From positions 36,319 to 100,318 of the forward strand of contig JBFMHM010000002.1 in assembly GCA_040753015.1 (NCBI GenBank): 64,000 bases of DNA. The letters run 5' to 3'. The position numbers were made by a program, and so were the translations under genes. The notes below the pieces were generated by a model. That model was not told the origin of the DNA and did no database searches. It worked only from the letters and a program-made list of their open reading frames with translations. Source of the stretch: Candidatus Omnitrophota bacterium. Lineage in GTDB: Bacteria > Omnitrophota > Gorgyraeia > Gygaellales > JBFMHM01. Positions 21,495 to 31,452 of the stretch are shown here, one piece after another (within the stretch, counting starts at the first letter, position 1; each line of letters opens with the position of its first letter).

Positions 21495-22913
21495 CTAATT
21501 TTTTGAAAAAATATTAAAATTCAGAGCTCCGTAGCGTATAACACCTAAAAACGAATAACCAAATGCTTTTTTTACTGTAGCGGCTAAGCTAAGAAGAAAC
21601 ATTAAATGAAGAATACAAAAGGGTGACCGTATAACTAAAAATTTCCAGAAAAAACTAAGCTTTGGATACCAAACAAAATACACTGCTATCTTTTGTATGC
21701 GTTCCTGCATACGAATATCCTTTTGTTTTAAAACAGAATGGTGATAGTAGCTTTGTAAATTATTATAATCAATTTCCCCCAAAAGCCCTTTCTCCTTCGC
21801 AATGCGTTCTAATTCCGTACCCGGATAAGGCGTAAATATTGTCGAAGAAACAATATCGGCTTTAATGCGCTGATTAAGATGAATAAGCCCCAAGGTCTCG
21901 TCTAATGTTTCAGTTGGTAAACCAAACATATTACCCGTAGCAAGAATAATCTTCCTTTCTTTTATTTTTTTAGCAATATTTATAATTACCTCATCCTTCA
22001 TATCTCTCTTTAGAATCTCTTTCCTAAGGCGATAAGAACCAGCTTCAATTCCAAATGTAATCGTTCGACAATTTGCATCAGCAAGCGCATCTATCTGCTC
22101 AGAAGTAGTAATATCAACACGAAGATAGCAAGTAAACGGCAAATTAATATTATTTTTATAAACTGTCAAAAAATCAAGTAACCACTGATTATTTGTATTT
22201 AATGTTGAATCTGCAAAAATAATATACCTAAGCCTTCGATACCTTTTAATAAGTTCTTTCAATTCGGCAATAATATTTAGCGGGCTCCTAAATCTAACAA
22301 ATTTTCCTAAATCCTTATACATATCTTTTAGCTTATGGCTGTAGCAATAGTTACAGTTGAACGGACAGCCCCGAGAGGCCATAACTGACATTGTCTCAAG
22401 ATTAGTAAAATACCGATACTTATCATAAATACTGCGGTCTGGGGTTGGCAATGAATCTAAATTAGCTATAAGCGGTGATAATGGATTCTTATGTAAAACT
22501 CTATTTTTTAAAATACAGATATTGTTCAAGTCGTAAATCGATTCTACAGTACCATTATATTTTTCGCATAATTCTACAATCGCATTCTCTGACTCTCCCA
22601 TTGATATTGCATCAATTCCCTGTTCAAAAACTACCTCAGGAAAAAAAGTAGGATGTGGGCCACCTAAAAGCGTAAGACAGCGCGGATTATATTTTTTATA
22701 CTCGCGCATTAAAGATAAACCCCAATTTAGATTACCAGTTACACAGTAGAAACCTAAAACATCAGGACTAAACCTTTTTAATCCATCGACAATATTCTTT
22801 TCAAAATTATCCACAAAAATTTCGCTAACGTGTCCATGCGTTTTCAAAGAAGAAGACAAGAACATATAGCCCTGCAATTGCTCGGTAAGATTTTGGATAA
22901 AAGCTACTTTCAT
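21495..22913 (-). CDS. Cobalamin-binding domain radical SAM protein
   Basis: GGPHPT, GESE, SRGCPFNCNYC, GIEAG, PYPGT. Confidence 0.9.
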   Translation of the reverse strand: MKVAFIQNLTEQLQGYMFLSSSLKTHGHVSEIFVDNFEKNIVDGLKRFSPDVLGFYCVTGNLNWGLSLMREYKKYNPRCLTLLGGPHPTFFPEVVFEQGIDAISMGESENAIVELCEKYNGTVESIYDLNNICILKNRVLHKNPLSPLIANLDSLPTPDRSIYDKYRYFTNLETMSVMASRGCPFNCNYCYSHKLKDMYKDLGKFVRFRSPLNIIAELKELIKRYRRLRYIIFADSTLNTNNQWLLDFLTVYKNNINLPFTCYLRVDITTSEQIDALADANCRTITFGIEAGSYRLRKEILKRDMKDEVIINIAKKIKERKIILATGNMFGLPTETLDETLGLIHLNQRIKADIVSSTIFTPYPGTELERIAKEKGLLGEIDYNNLQSYYHHSVLKQKDIRMQERIQKIAVYFVWYPKLSFFWKFLVIRSPFCILHLMFLLSLAATVKKAFGYSFLGVIRYGALNFNIFSKN

Positions 22914-22949
22914 AATTAGATTAATCCTAGAATTAATTGATATAGTATT

Positions 22950-24317
22950 CTATAATTTTTCTTTACTAACTTTTTCATAAAGATAAATATTGTCAAATGT
23001 AAAATAAGAATGATGAAATATTTCTACTGGTATTGGTGAAAGCGCGTTATAAAAAAAATATTTGTTGCCAATTAACCTGATATTGGACATAAAGAGTATA
23101 AGTAAAATAAATATTGCTGCTAATACTCTTTTAATAAAGATTAAAAACGACTTGCTATTATTACGTCTTTCGAGTATCAAAAAATAAATAAATCTAGCAT
23201 TTAAAAAATAGATAGGGAATATTAATTGAAGGTAATATGCGGCTGGCGTATACCATTGATACGGATTAGCTCCGCACATTATAATTTCTGAAGCAATAAA
23301 AACACTAGCAATACATAAAATAATTTTAGACTCTTTTACTTTTAACATAAATAGGCCAAAAATAGCTCCAAACCAAAGAGGCAGCGGAATAAGAAAAATA
23401 AAATGATTTAATATTCTACTCTTAAAAGTATAAAACCATTTACTTAGATTAAAACCATGCCCAAAAATCCAACTCAATACAGAAGCTGATTTGCCTTGGT
23501 CAATAAAAGAATTTATGCTAAAGTAAACTAATAAACAACCAATAACCAAAAATAAGTTTCGTATCAAAAATTTTTTAAAATTCATTACCATGAGGCCATA
23601 AAAAATTAAAAATGGGATAAAATAAACAGTAGCGCCACCAGCAAAAATACCTAACCCGCTAAAAATCCCTAGTAAAAAAGAATTTATTAATCCTTGTTTT
23701 GAAATATCATCTGAAAAATGTTCTAAAAACAACGCTAATGCAATCAAAATAACATAAAAACTTAACTGAAAAATTTCAGCCTTAACACCAGAACTAAAGA
23801 TTATCATTGTATAACTTGTTGCGCATAAAAATGCTGCTATAAAACCAATTATCATAGAATTAAATATGCGCTTCCCAAGCCACCATATCGAAAATGCAAC
23901 AAGCATCCAACATAATAAATTTATAATAAAATAGGCATTATTTAAACTAAGGAAATATAACAAAAAAGATGCTAGAAAAGATGGAAATACGCGGTATTTG
24001 TCTGGGGTATATTGAGCAGATAGTTTAGATAAATTAGATTTTTTCTTAAAAATTGTAGCCATCTTATAAGTATTTATAGCTAAAGCGTAACCCTCCGCAT
24101 GAAGTTTATGATTACCAACATCGTCATCGAACATATAACCATGGGGATAATACGACAAGCTTTGAGTTAACGAAGAATCTCGGATACAAGCCGTAAAAAG
24201 ATAATCAAAATTTCTATGTAAAAAACCTTCAAAAAAACAAATAATAAATATCAATACTAGAAATAAAGTAGTATAAAAATGTTTTCTATTTTTAGGCAAA
24301 ACAATAAATTCGCGCAT
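22950..24317 (-). CDS. Multi-TM membrane protein, probable GT-C-like transferase; paralog of 19326-20660
   Basis: Multiple TM segments, acidic DDD in first loop, motifs shared with 19326-20660. Confidence 0.6.
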   Translation of the reverse strand: MREFIVLPKNRKHFYTTLFLVLIFIICFFEGFLHRNFDYLFTACIRDSSLTQSLSYYPHGYMFDDDVGNHKLHAEGYALAINTYKMATIFKKKSNLSKLSAQYTPDKYRVFPSFLASFLLYFLSLNNAYFIINLLCWMLVAFSIWWLGKRIFNSMIIGFIAAFLCATSYTMIIFSSGVKAEIFQLSFYVILIALALFLEHFSDDISKQGLINSFLLGIFSGLGIFAGGATVYFIPFLIFYGLMVMNFKKFLIRNLFLVIGCLLVYFSINSFIDQGKSASVLSWIFGHGFNLSKWFYTFKSRILNHFIFLIPLPLWFGAIFGLFMLKVKESKIILCIASVFIASEIIMCGANPYQWYTPAAYYLQLIFPIYFLNARFIYFLILERRNNSKSFLIFIKRVLAAIFILLILFMSNIRLIGNKYFFYNALSPIPVEIFHHSYFTFDNIYLYEKVSKEKL

Positions 24318-24335
24318 ATTTTCTTATAAACTATA

Positions 24336-25139
24336 TTAAAAAATAGTTCCCATAATCAGCGGATCTTTATCTTTTGTAAAATATTTAGTCGAAATTAAAT
24401 AAATAACATTATCGAACCTGAAACGCCTGTGGTAATAATTATTAGATATGTCCTGCATTGAGCCATCTGCTTTTATCAAACGACAATGGCTAAAAACTGG
24501 AAAAGGATGTATTCCGCTGCTATAAGCTAAACTATAATCCTTTGTTGAAGTAATTTTAATCGTAATTTTATTAACCCCAAAAAATACCTCTTTGGGTAGC
24601 TTAACTATATAATTATAAACGGGATAACTATAAAATTTTCCAGTCTTATTGACAAGCAAAGATGCTACAGTGCCAAGCCTTTTCCCATTGATATAAAGAT
24701 GTGAATTTTCTATATCAATATCAGCAACCAATCTTAAAACAACATCGCTATCTTTATTATTAAGCCAATGATTAAAACACCAGTTATTTTTTGGAATTAA
24801 AAAATCTTGTTCGATAGACTCCCCTTTTTCTACTTGAAAAATTGAAATTAAAGTTAAATCTTTTTTATCCGGCATTTTACTAGAAGACTTTAATCGTGAA
24901 ATAAAAATAAAACAGATTATAATCGATAAAATAATTGCGATCGTTCTTCGTTGAAATACTTTTTGTAAGAGACCCAACAATGCATAGTAAAAACAAAGCG
25001 TAAACATATACATAATAGGAACTACTGAAGTAAATATAAACATTACAATAATCAACGCCGGCATAAACAACCAAAGGATAAGGCCGTACCTCCTATTTTT
25101 AAGAAAAACTAGCAATGAACTCATGATATTTTTAAGCAT
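24336..25139 (-). CDS. Hypothetical membrane-anchored protein; paralog of 20657-21490
   Basis: Hydrophobic N-terminus, colinear similarity to 20657-21490. Confidence 0.7.
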   Translation of the reverse strand: MLKNIMSSLLVFLKNRRYGLILWLFMPALIIVMFIFTSVVPIMYMFTLCFYYALLGLLQKVFQRRTIAIILSIIICFIFISRLKSSSKMPDKKDLTLISIFQVEKGESIEQDFLIPKNNWCFNHWLNNKDSDVVLRLVADIDIENSHLYINGKRLGTVASLLVNKTGKFYSYPVYNYIVKLPKEVFFGVNKITIKITSTKDYSLAYSSGIHPFPVFSHCRLIKADGSMQDISNNYYHRRFRFDNVIYLISTKYFTKDKDPLIMGTIF

Positions 25140-25177
25140 ATTTATTTATATGGTATAATTTTGCAAAAAAATTAATA

Positions 25178-26434
25178 TTATTTACTGCTAATGTAATCGG
25201 AAATAACATTTGTTAACCTTTCAGCAATTATTCCATAACCAACTTTATGGGTATGCACATTATCACCTATTAAAGTACTGTTATCGCCTTCAAAAACTCT
25301 ACTCAAGTCACAAAATATCACATTTTTTTCTTTTCTAGATAATTTCTCCAAACCTTCGATCATTCTAATATAACCTTGAACGCAGAAATTTACCTCTGGT
25401 TCATAATATTTATACAGATTTATTTTTTCTTGTTCGGATAAAGGATTTTTAAGAAACAAGGTTGGTTGCAAAGCAACTATTAAAGTTGAATCAATACTAT
25501 CGAGCGAACGTGCCATACAAGTTATATTTTTTAAATAATTTTCCACTGCTTGTCTATTGTATGGGTCAAAATCTGTTCTAGCCTTAATTACATTTAAATC
25601 AACAGGCAAAGATTGCAACTCACTGGCAAGTTTACCCGGTTCAGGTTTAAACGCGGTTTTTGGATATTTAGGCCTTTTCGACTGATCGCTTGTCTGACTT
25701 GGTTTACGATACTTACGCGTAGTTAAAAAACTCTTTAAATAAGCTATAAATTTTAAATCACGAAATAATTGTTGTGGCCCAGCACTAATCCAATCCTTAT
25801 ATCTATTGAATGCATTGACGATATGCCCATTACTATAGGATAAATTAATAGGCATATGGTAAGCATGCTGTATATCGTTAAAGCCGTCTAATGCAATTAC
25901 TAAATCAGGGTCAATATTAATCCCGAATAACTGAATCGCGATTAACTCTTGAAACGATATCCAAGCAGCTCCAGCTAAATTAAATATTTTAAAATTAACT
26001 TCTGGATGTCTTAATTTTAATCTTTCATAAAGTTGTTTATCTAAGGTACAACTCTCGCCTACAGCCCAACTTGTTGCAACCGAACCACCAGTAATTATAA
26101 TTCGGAATTCATTCTTTTTTTTAGGTGGTAAATTTTTAAATTCTGGAGAACGGAATCCATAACTGTTAAAACGCGCCTTAGCCCCTCCTAAGTCAACACA
26201 TTCGTCTTTTGAAAAATAAGACTCTAATACATTTTTAGTCTTTCCTAAAATTAAATCCGGAGGAAAGCTCGAAACAACATATTGTTGATATGTAAACAAT
26301 TCTGTATCTATTAAATAACCCGTTGGTACCTTATTTATAAACAACCTAAATGCTATTTCCGTAAAAAATAGCATACCTATACAAAAAATCAGAACAACAC
26401 ATATAATGCTAATTACTTTTAATATCTGGCGCAT
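25178..26434 (-). CDS. SGNH/GDSL hydrolase family protein with N-terminal membrane anchor (possible glycan O-acyltransferase or esterase)
   Basis: NSYGFR, IITGGSVA (block I Ser), DGFND (block III), GDNVH (DxxH block V). Confidence 0.8.
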   Translation of the reverse strand: MRQILKVISIICVVLIFCIGMLFFTEIAFRLFINKVPTGYLIDTELFTYQQYVVSSFPPDLILGKTKNVLESYFSKDECVDLGGAKARFNSYGFRSPEFKNLPPKKKNEFRIIITGGSVATSWAVGESCTLDKQLYERLKLRHPEVNFKIFNLAGAAWISFQELIAIQLFGINIDPDLVIALDGFNDIQHAYHMPINLSYSNGHIVNAFNRYKDWISAGPQQLFRDLKFIAYLKSFLTTRKYRKPSQTSDQSKRPKYPKTAFKPEPGKLASELQSLPVDLNVIKARTDFDPYNRQAVENYLKNITCMARSLDSIDSTLIVALQPTLFLKNPLSEQEKINLYKYYEPEVNFCVQGYIRMIEGLEKLSRKEKNVIFCDLSRVFEGDNSTLIGDNVHTHKVGYGIIAERLTNVISDYISSK

Positions 26435-27444
26435 TAAACTCTCCTTGCTTTTGTGCTTTTTTTTGCGATTATATAGTGATTTCTTGCATCAACGGTTCTT
26501 ATTATCTCACAAAAATCTTCTAACATAAACCATTGTTTAATTTCTTCGAAACTATATAGATCGTTTATAGATGGCGATATAGCATCAAAATATCCATCAA
26601 TATTCTCTTCCCCGCATATTCTGAATTTACGTTTTTTCATTACCTCACGAACACAATTAAGCCTTTCATCTAAACTCATATTATATGTTTTTTTTCTCCA
26701 GTACATATACTCATTTAGCGTCAAATAATCTTCTATGACGCCTGGCCTGGGCTCTCCATAGATCATAACAAATAAATATCCATTTGGACGCACCAAAGAA
26801 GCTATTTTTTTAAATGTTCCATAAGCATCACCTGTGTGGTGCAATACACCAAAACACCACACTAAATCAAATTTTTCATCTATTTGAAATGGCTTTAAAA
26901 GATCAACTTGTATTGCTCTATGATTTTTAAATTCAGCACATGCTTTTTTTGTCTTCTCAATACCATACCCAGACTGATCAATGGATAATACATTTGCCCC
27001 TAATTTAGACAAAGCCCAAGAATAACGTCCAGAACCACACCCAACATCTAGTATATTTTTCCCTTTAAACCATCCACAAGACAGAGATGTAAAACGACAA
27101 ACATTATTGGTAGCTTGTTTCAAAAAGTTATTATTTTTTAAATTATACCCATTATTCTCTATATTTTTCCATTGAAAATCAAAACTATCATTTGTCCGCT
27201 TAATAAAAGGCAAATCATTAATTCTTGGTGTAGCAATATATCTTACCAAAGAAGAAATACGGCTTACCTCAGATTCTAGATAATTAACAATTGCTTCTAA
27301 TTCTTTAACACTCCTCGTCTTATTGAGTTTTTTTTTGCGATAAATATCTTTTATTTTAAAAAGATATTTATAAAATAAGTATCTAGTTTTTTTCGCTAAT
27401 CGCACAAATATCTCCGCTAAGGTTAATAGACCTGTACAAACCAA
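26434..27444 (-). CDS. Class I SAM-dependent methyltransferase; paralog of 30496-31443 (start uncertain)
   Basis: ILDVGCGSGRY, FDLVWCFGVLHHTG, YGEPRP, GYFDAISP. Confidence 0.88.
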   Translation of the reverse strand: MVCTGLLTLAEIFVRLAKKTRYLFYKYLFKIKDIYRKKKLNKTRSVKELEAIVNYLESEVSRISSLVRYIATPRINDLPFIKRTNDSFDFQWKNIENNGYNLKNNNFLKQATNNVCRFTSLSCGWFKGKNILDVGCGSGRYSWALSKLGANVLSIDQSGYGIEKTKKACAEFKNHRAIQVDLLKPFQIDEKFDLVWCFGVLHHTGDAYGTFKKIASLVRPNGYLFVMIYGEPRPGVIEDYLTLNEYMYWRKKTYNMSLDERLNCVREVMKKRKFRICGEENIDGYFDAISPSINDLYSFEEIKQWFMLEDFCEIIRTVDARNHYIIAKKSTKARRV

Positions 27445-28591
27445 CTAAAGATCGCGCCAACTTATCATTATTATGCAGACTAAGAATTGAGCTTCGCGCA
27501 ATCATCTTCTTTTTTTTAAGTTCGGCAGGATTAGATAAAAAATATTTAAGAGTTGTTTTTAAGTCATCTAAATTTGTAAGAATAAATCCGGAGTCCTTCA
27601 AATCATCGGTCACAAACTCATCTCTAACATAAGTTATGGCAGGCACACCAAAAAACATACTTTCAACTTGGGCATTAGCATAGTATCCCATTTTCATTTT
27701 GCCAATAGATAAATCTGCATTTTGATATTCTTTTAAAACCTCAAGATGCGGAATTTTGTTAAGAAAAAGAAATTCAATATTATAGCCATCTTGCTTTAAA
27801 CTATCTATGATGTTTCTAATCTCTTTGGTGTCTTCAATGCCGGGGTGATTTGTTGCGTGCACTATTTTGATGCTATCTTTTATTTCTTTACCATTACCAC
27901 TTGAAAAAAAGCTCGAAATATCGATTTCTGGAGTAAAAAAAGATAAACATACAGAATTATTTGGTACAAAATCTTTTAAATCTGGAGTTGTGAATAAAAA
28001 TAAATCTGCATAATTTGTAACTAAATTCCTTCGTTGTTTGACATAATCCGATTCGCAATTATATTTACCAGTATAATTAATAAAATAATCACAATTTTGA
28101 CAAATATTAACCTCGGGACTAATTTTCATATTATTTGTCCTATCCCTAATATCACATCCCCGGAAATGCACAACAACTTTCCGCTTCATTTTTTTAGCCA
28201 ATGATAACTCCCAACCTGAATACGAAATACTAAGCATAAAATGTAAATGCAAAACCTCGTAACGCGCTGCCACCTTCCAAAACCAATACATTTCTTGCAT
28301 GGGGCGTAAAAATGGTAGTTTTGAATAAGTAACTTTAAAATCAGACTTATCCCAATAACGACTAGTCCCAATAGCCAAATAATCGGCCTTTATCCCCTGG
28401 CGGCGTAAAGCAGAAACCATATAGTACGGAACATGAATCATATACGATATATGCAATACAGATTGTGAATAAGTATTATTTTTTAATAATACCAACAAAA
28501 TATAATTAATAGGATAAAATATACCGAGTGTTAATTTATAAATAAACAACCAACTTGGAAAAATATTTTTTTTAAATCTTGAATCTATCAT
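27383..28591 (-). CDS. Glycosyltransferase, GT4-like (GT-B)
   Basis: HFRGCDIR, TTPDL, KIVHATNH, YANAQVESMFFGVP. Confidence 0.7.
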   Translation of the reverse strand: MIDSRFKKNIFPSWLFIYKLTLGIFYPINYILLVLLKNNTYSQSVLHISYMIHVPYYMVSALRRQGIKADYLAIGTSRYWDKSDFKVTYSKLPFLRPMQEMYWFWKVAARYEVLHLHFMLSISYSGWELSLAKKMKRKVVVHFRGCDIRDRTNNMKISPEVNICQNCDYFINYTGKYNCESDYVKQRRNLVTNYADLFLFTTPDLKDFVPNNSVCLSFFTPEIDISSFFSSGNGKEIKDSIKIVHATNHPGIEDTKEIRNIIDSLKQDGYNIEFLFLNKIPHLEVLKEYQNADLSIGKMKMGYYANAQVESMFFGVPAITYVRDEFVTDDLKDSGFILTNLDDLKTTLKYFLSNPAELKKKKMIARSSILSLHNNDKLARSLVGLYRSINLSGDICAISEKN

Positions 28592-30480
28592 AATGAATCA
28601 GGATGGCTACGCAACCATTCTTCAAGAAAAAGTAAATTCCATAATTTTGCTGAACTATCATGAGCTTCTGAATGCCTATCCACTATTGAGGCGATTTCTT
28701 TCATATTGAATAAAAACGGCAGGTATTCGGAATCTAACAGTTTCTTTCGAATATTATTTTTTAATTTATTGGCAAACCAAATACCAAGCGGTATTCCAAA
28801 GCCCATTTTAGGCCGCTCAATAAAATCTTTAGGGTAATAACACCCTGCAATCTTTTTTAAAATAAATTTCTTATGATATTCGATGCCATTATTTATTTTT
28901 TCTTCTTTTAGTTTAAATTCGACCGGCATATTAGCTGCTGTTTCCACCATCTCATGATCTAATAACGGAGCCCTTACCTCAATAGAATTTGCCATAGATG
29001 CAATATCGACTTTCGTCAAAATATCAAACGGTAAATAGGTCATCAAATCAAGATATTGAAGCCTGCTTATCATTGGCTGATGACCTATATTCATCAAGTT
29101 TCTGCGATTTTTAGCAATATCACAAACAACGTCTCTGTATTCTTTCTTAAAAAGATTTCTTCGTTCGCCTGGAGAAAAATGTTTTGCGGTATGACAATGT
29201 AATTCATAAGCATGATTAGTAATATTTCCGGGTACGATTAGACGCTTAAATCGAAAATAATAATAATACCCTAAACTACGCAATTTTTGCTTAAATGTAA
29301 AATTCGACTGATTATTAGAAAAATCACCCTGCAAAGTTCGCATAACATATTCGTAACTGTTATACCCGGCAAAATTTTCATCACCGCCATCTCCACTAAA
29401 AACCATCTTCACATGTTTAGCAGCCATACGAGAGACATAATAAGTAGGAATACTAGATGAATCTGCAAACGGTTGACCATAGTGCCTTACTAAAAGAGGC
29501 AAGAGTCCAAATGAATCCACTTCTACAATTTCGGTATGATGTTCTGTGCGATTTATTTGAGAAGCTGTTTTTGCATAATTTAATTCTGAAAAATCACTTT
29601 CATTAAAGCCGATGCTAAATGTTTTTACTGGTTGTTCAAGTATATCCGCCATATATCCAGTGATTAAACTAGAATCAATCCCACCGCTTAAGAATGCGCC
29701 AAAAGGAACATCACTAACCAACCGTAGTTTTACTGATTCTCTTAACTTACAATCAAGCTTGTGCTCCCAATCTTCAATTGACAGAGAACAATCTTCTGTA
29801 AAATGAAGCTTCCAATATCTTTTCTTAATCATATTTCCTGTTAATAAATCAATTTCTAATAAATGTGCCGGCTCAAGAGAATATACCTCTTTATAGATTG
29901 TCCGTGGAGCATGAATATACTGCCAAGACAGATAATCATCTAAAGCATCAAAATCAACCTTAAAATCCCCGATAGTTTTATAAAGAGGCTCTAATTCGCT
30001 TGAAAAAAATAACGAGTCGTTTCTGATTGTATAAAACAGAGGTTTTTTACCTAATCTATCCCTAGCGATAATAACTTTTTGTTTTTTAAAATCTACTGCG
30101 ACAAAAGCAAACATCCCACGGAAATGCTTTAAACAATTATTGCCCCACTCTAAGTATGCATTAAGCACAACCTCTGTATCTGAACTAGTATTAAAAACAT
30201 ACCCAGTTTTTTTTAATTCTTCTTTTATAACTTGAAAATTATATATTTCACCATTGTAAGAAATTAAGCCAACCTTAGCATAATCCTGCATTGGTTGATG
30301 GCCACTTTCGAGATCAATAATGGATAGCCTAGTATGCCCAAAGCACACAGGACCGATGCTCTCTATACCGAAATCATCTGGACCGCGATGTTTAAGTAGC
30401 CCTATCCCATTTTTTACGATACCAACTGCTTTATTAGCCAGTTCTCGATTAAGACTTATTGCTCCGAAAATTCCACACAT
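28588..30480 (-). CDS. asnB: Asparagine synthase family amidotransferase
   Basis: MCGIFG, HRGPDD, RDRLGKKPL, LSGGIDSS, PFADSS, SGDGGDENFAGY, EVRAPLLD. Confidence 0.93.
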   Translation of the reverse strand: MCGIFGAISLNRELANKAVGIVKNGIGLLKHRGPDDFGIESIGPVCFGHTRLSIIDLESGHQPMQDYAKVGLISYNGEIYNFQVIKEELKKTGYVFNTSSDTEVVLNAYLEWGNNCLKHFRGMFAFVAVDFKKQKVIIARDRLGKKPLFYTIRNDSLFFSSELEPLYKTIGDFKVDFDALDDYLSWQYIHAPRTIYKEVYSLEPAHLLEIDLLTGNMIKKRYWKLHFTEDCSLSIEDWEHKLDCKLRESVKLRLVSDVPFGAFLSGGIDSSLITGYMADILEQPVKTFSIGFNESDFSELNYAKTASQINRTEHHTEIVEVDSFGLLPLLVRHYGQPFADSSSIPTYYVSRMAAKHVKMVFSGDGGDENFAGYNSYEYVMRTLQGDFSNNQSNFTFKQKLRSLGYYYYFRFKRLIVPGNITNHAYELHCHTAKHFSPGERRNLFKKEYRDVVCDIAKNRRNLMNIGHQPMISRLQYLDLMTYLPFDILTKVDIASMANSIEVRAPLLDHEMVETAANMPVEFKLKEEKINNGIEYHKKFILKKIAGCYYPKDFIERPKMGFGIPLGIWFANKLKNNIRKKLLDSEYLPFLFNMKEIASIVDRHSEAHDSSAKLWNLLFLEEWLRSHPDSL

Positions 30481-30495
30481 TATTAGTTAAACTCC

Positions 30496-31443
30496 TTATA
30501 TTTTCTTACGAGCAATTACATGGTGATTAGGGTGATCGGGTAATGTTCGTTTAATATCTTCAAACCCTGCATTTATAAGCCAAGAAACTATCTCATCCCA
30601 CCTATAGAGATCGTTTATTTCTGGAGAAATAGCATCAAAATAACCATGAATATTATCTTTACCATATTTTTCTTCAATCCGCTCTATTTTCTCAGAAAAC
30701 GGCAAGTTTTTTATTCTACACCGCATATCGTGCATCTCGTGATAGTATAAAAAATCTTCTATGTTTGTCGGCCTAGGTTCCCCATAAAGCATTAAAAATA
30801 GATACCCGCCTGGTTTTACGCATTTAACAAGATTCTGAAATCCTTTATATGTATTTCCAGTATGATGCAATACACCAAAACACCAAACAAGATCAAAATC
30901 ATCCGAAAAACTAAGTTCTTCTAAAATATTTTTTTTAATAACTGTAAAATTGCCACCAAATTCTCTAACTACTTCTTTTGTTCTTGCAACACCGTTATCT
31001 GAAATATCAAAAGAAACACAACTTGCAACATTCAATTTCCCAAAACCATATGTCCAACGCCCCTGACCGCATCCGGCATCCATCACTCGCTTACCATTAA
31101 ACCATTCGGTAGGTAGATGTGTATTTATACAAACAGTTTCGGTAACTTTTTCCTTCCAGTTTTCACTACTAAGCATTGCCGCGCCTTCTGGTAAATGTTT
31201 CCATTGAAAATCAAAGCTATCTTTTGTCTGTTGGGGTAATATAAATTTATCCATGTCATCTGCTATCAAATACCGAATTAAACTCTTTAATGCATAAGAT
31301 TCATCTAACAAGAAGGAAATTTTTGCTTCTAAAAATCTTATCCGCTCCTCTTGAGAATATTGCTCTGCCGTAAAAGTAGAAATTTCATATTGGGTATTAA
31401 CCTTTTTAGGAAATAACTTTTTAATCGTATTTAACATAAACAC
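30496..31443 (-). CDS. Class I SAM-dependent methyltransferase
   Basis: VMDAGCGQGRW, FDLVWCFGVLHHTG, KPGG. Confidence 0.9.
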   Translation of the reverse strand: MFMLNTIKKLFPKKVNTQYEISTFTAEQYSQEERIRFLEAKISFLLDESYALKSLIRYLIADDMDKFILPQQTKDSFDFQWKHLPEGAAMLSSENWKEKVTETVCINTHLPTEWFNGKRVMDAGCGQGRWTYGFGKLNVASCVSFDISDNGVARTKEVVREFGGNFTVIKKNILEELSFSDDFDLVWCFGVLHHTGNTYKGFQNLVKCVKPGGYLFLMLYGEPRPTNIEDFLYYHEMHDMRCRIKNLPFSEKIERIEEKYGKDNIHGYFDAISPEINDLYRWDEIVSWLINAGFEDIKRTLPDHPNHHVIARKKI

Positions 31444-31452
31444 CCCCTATTT

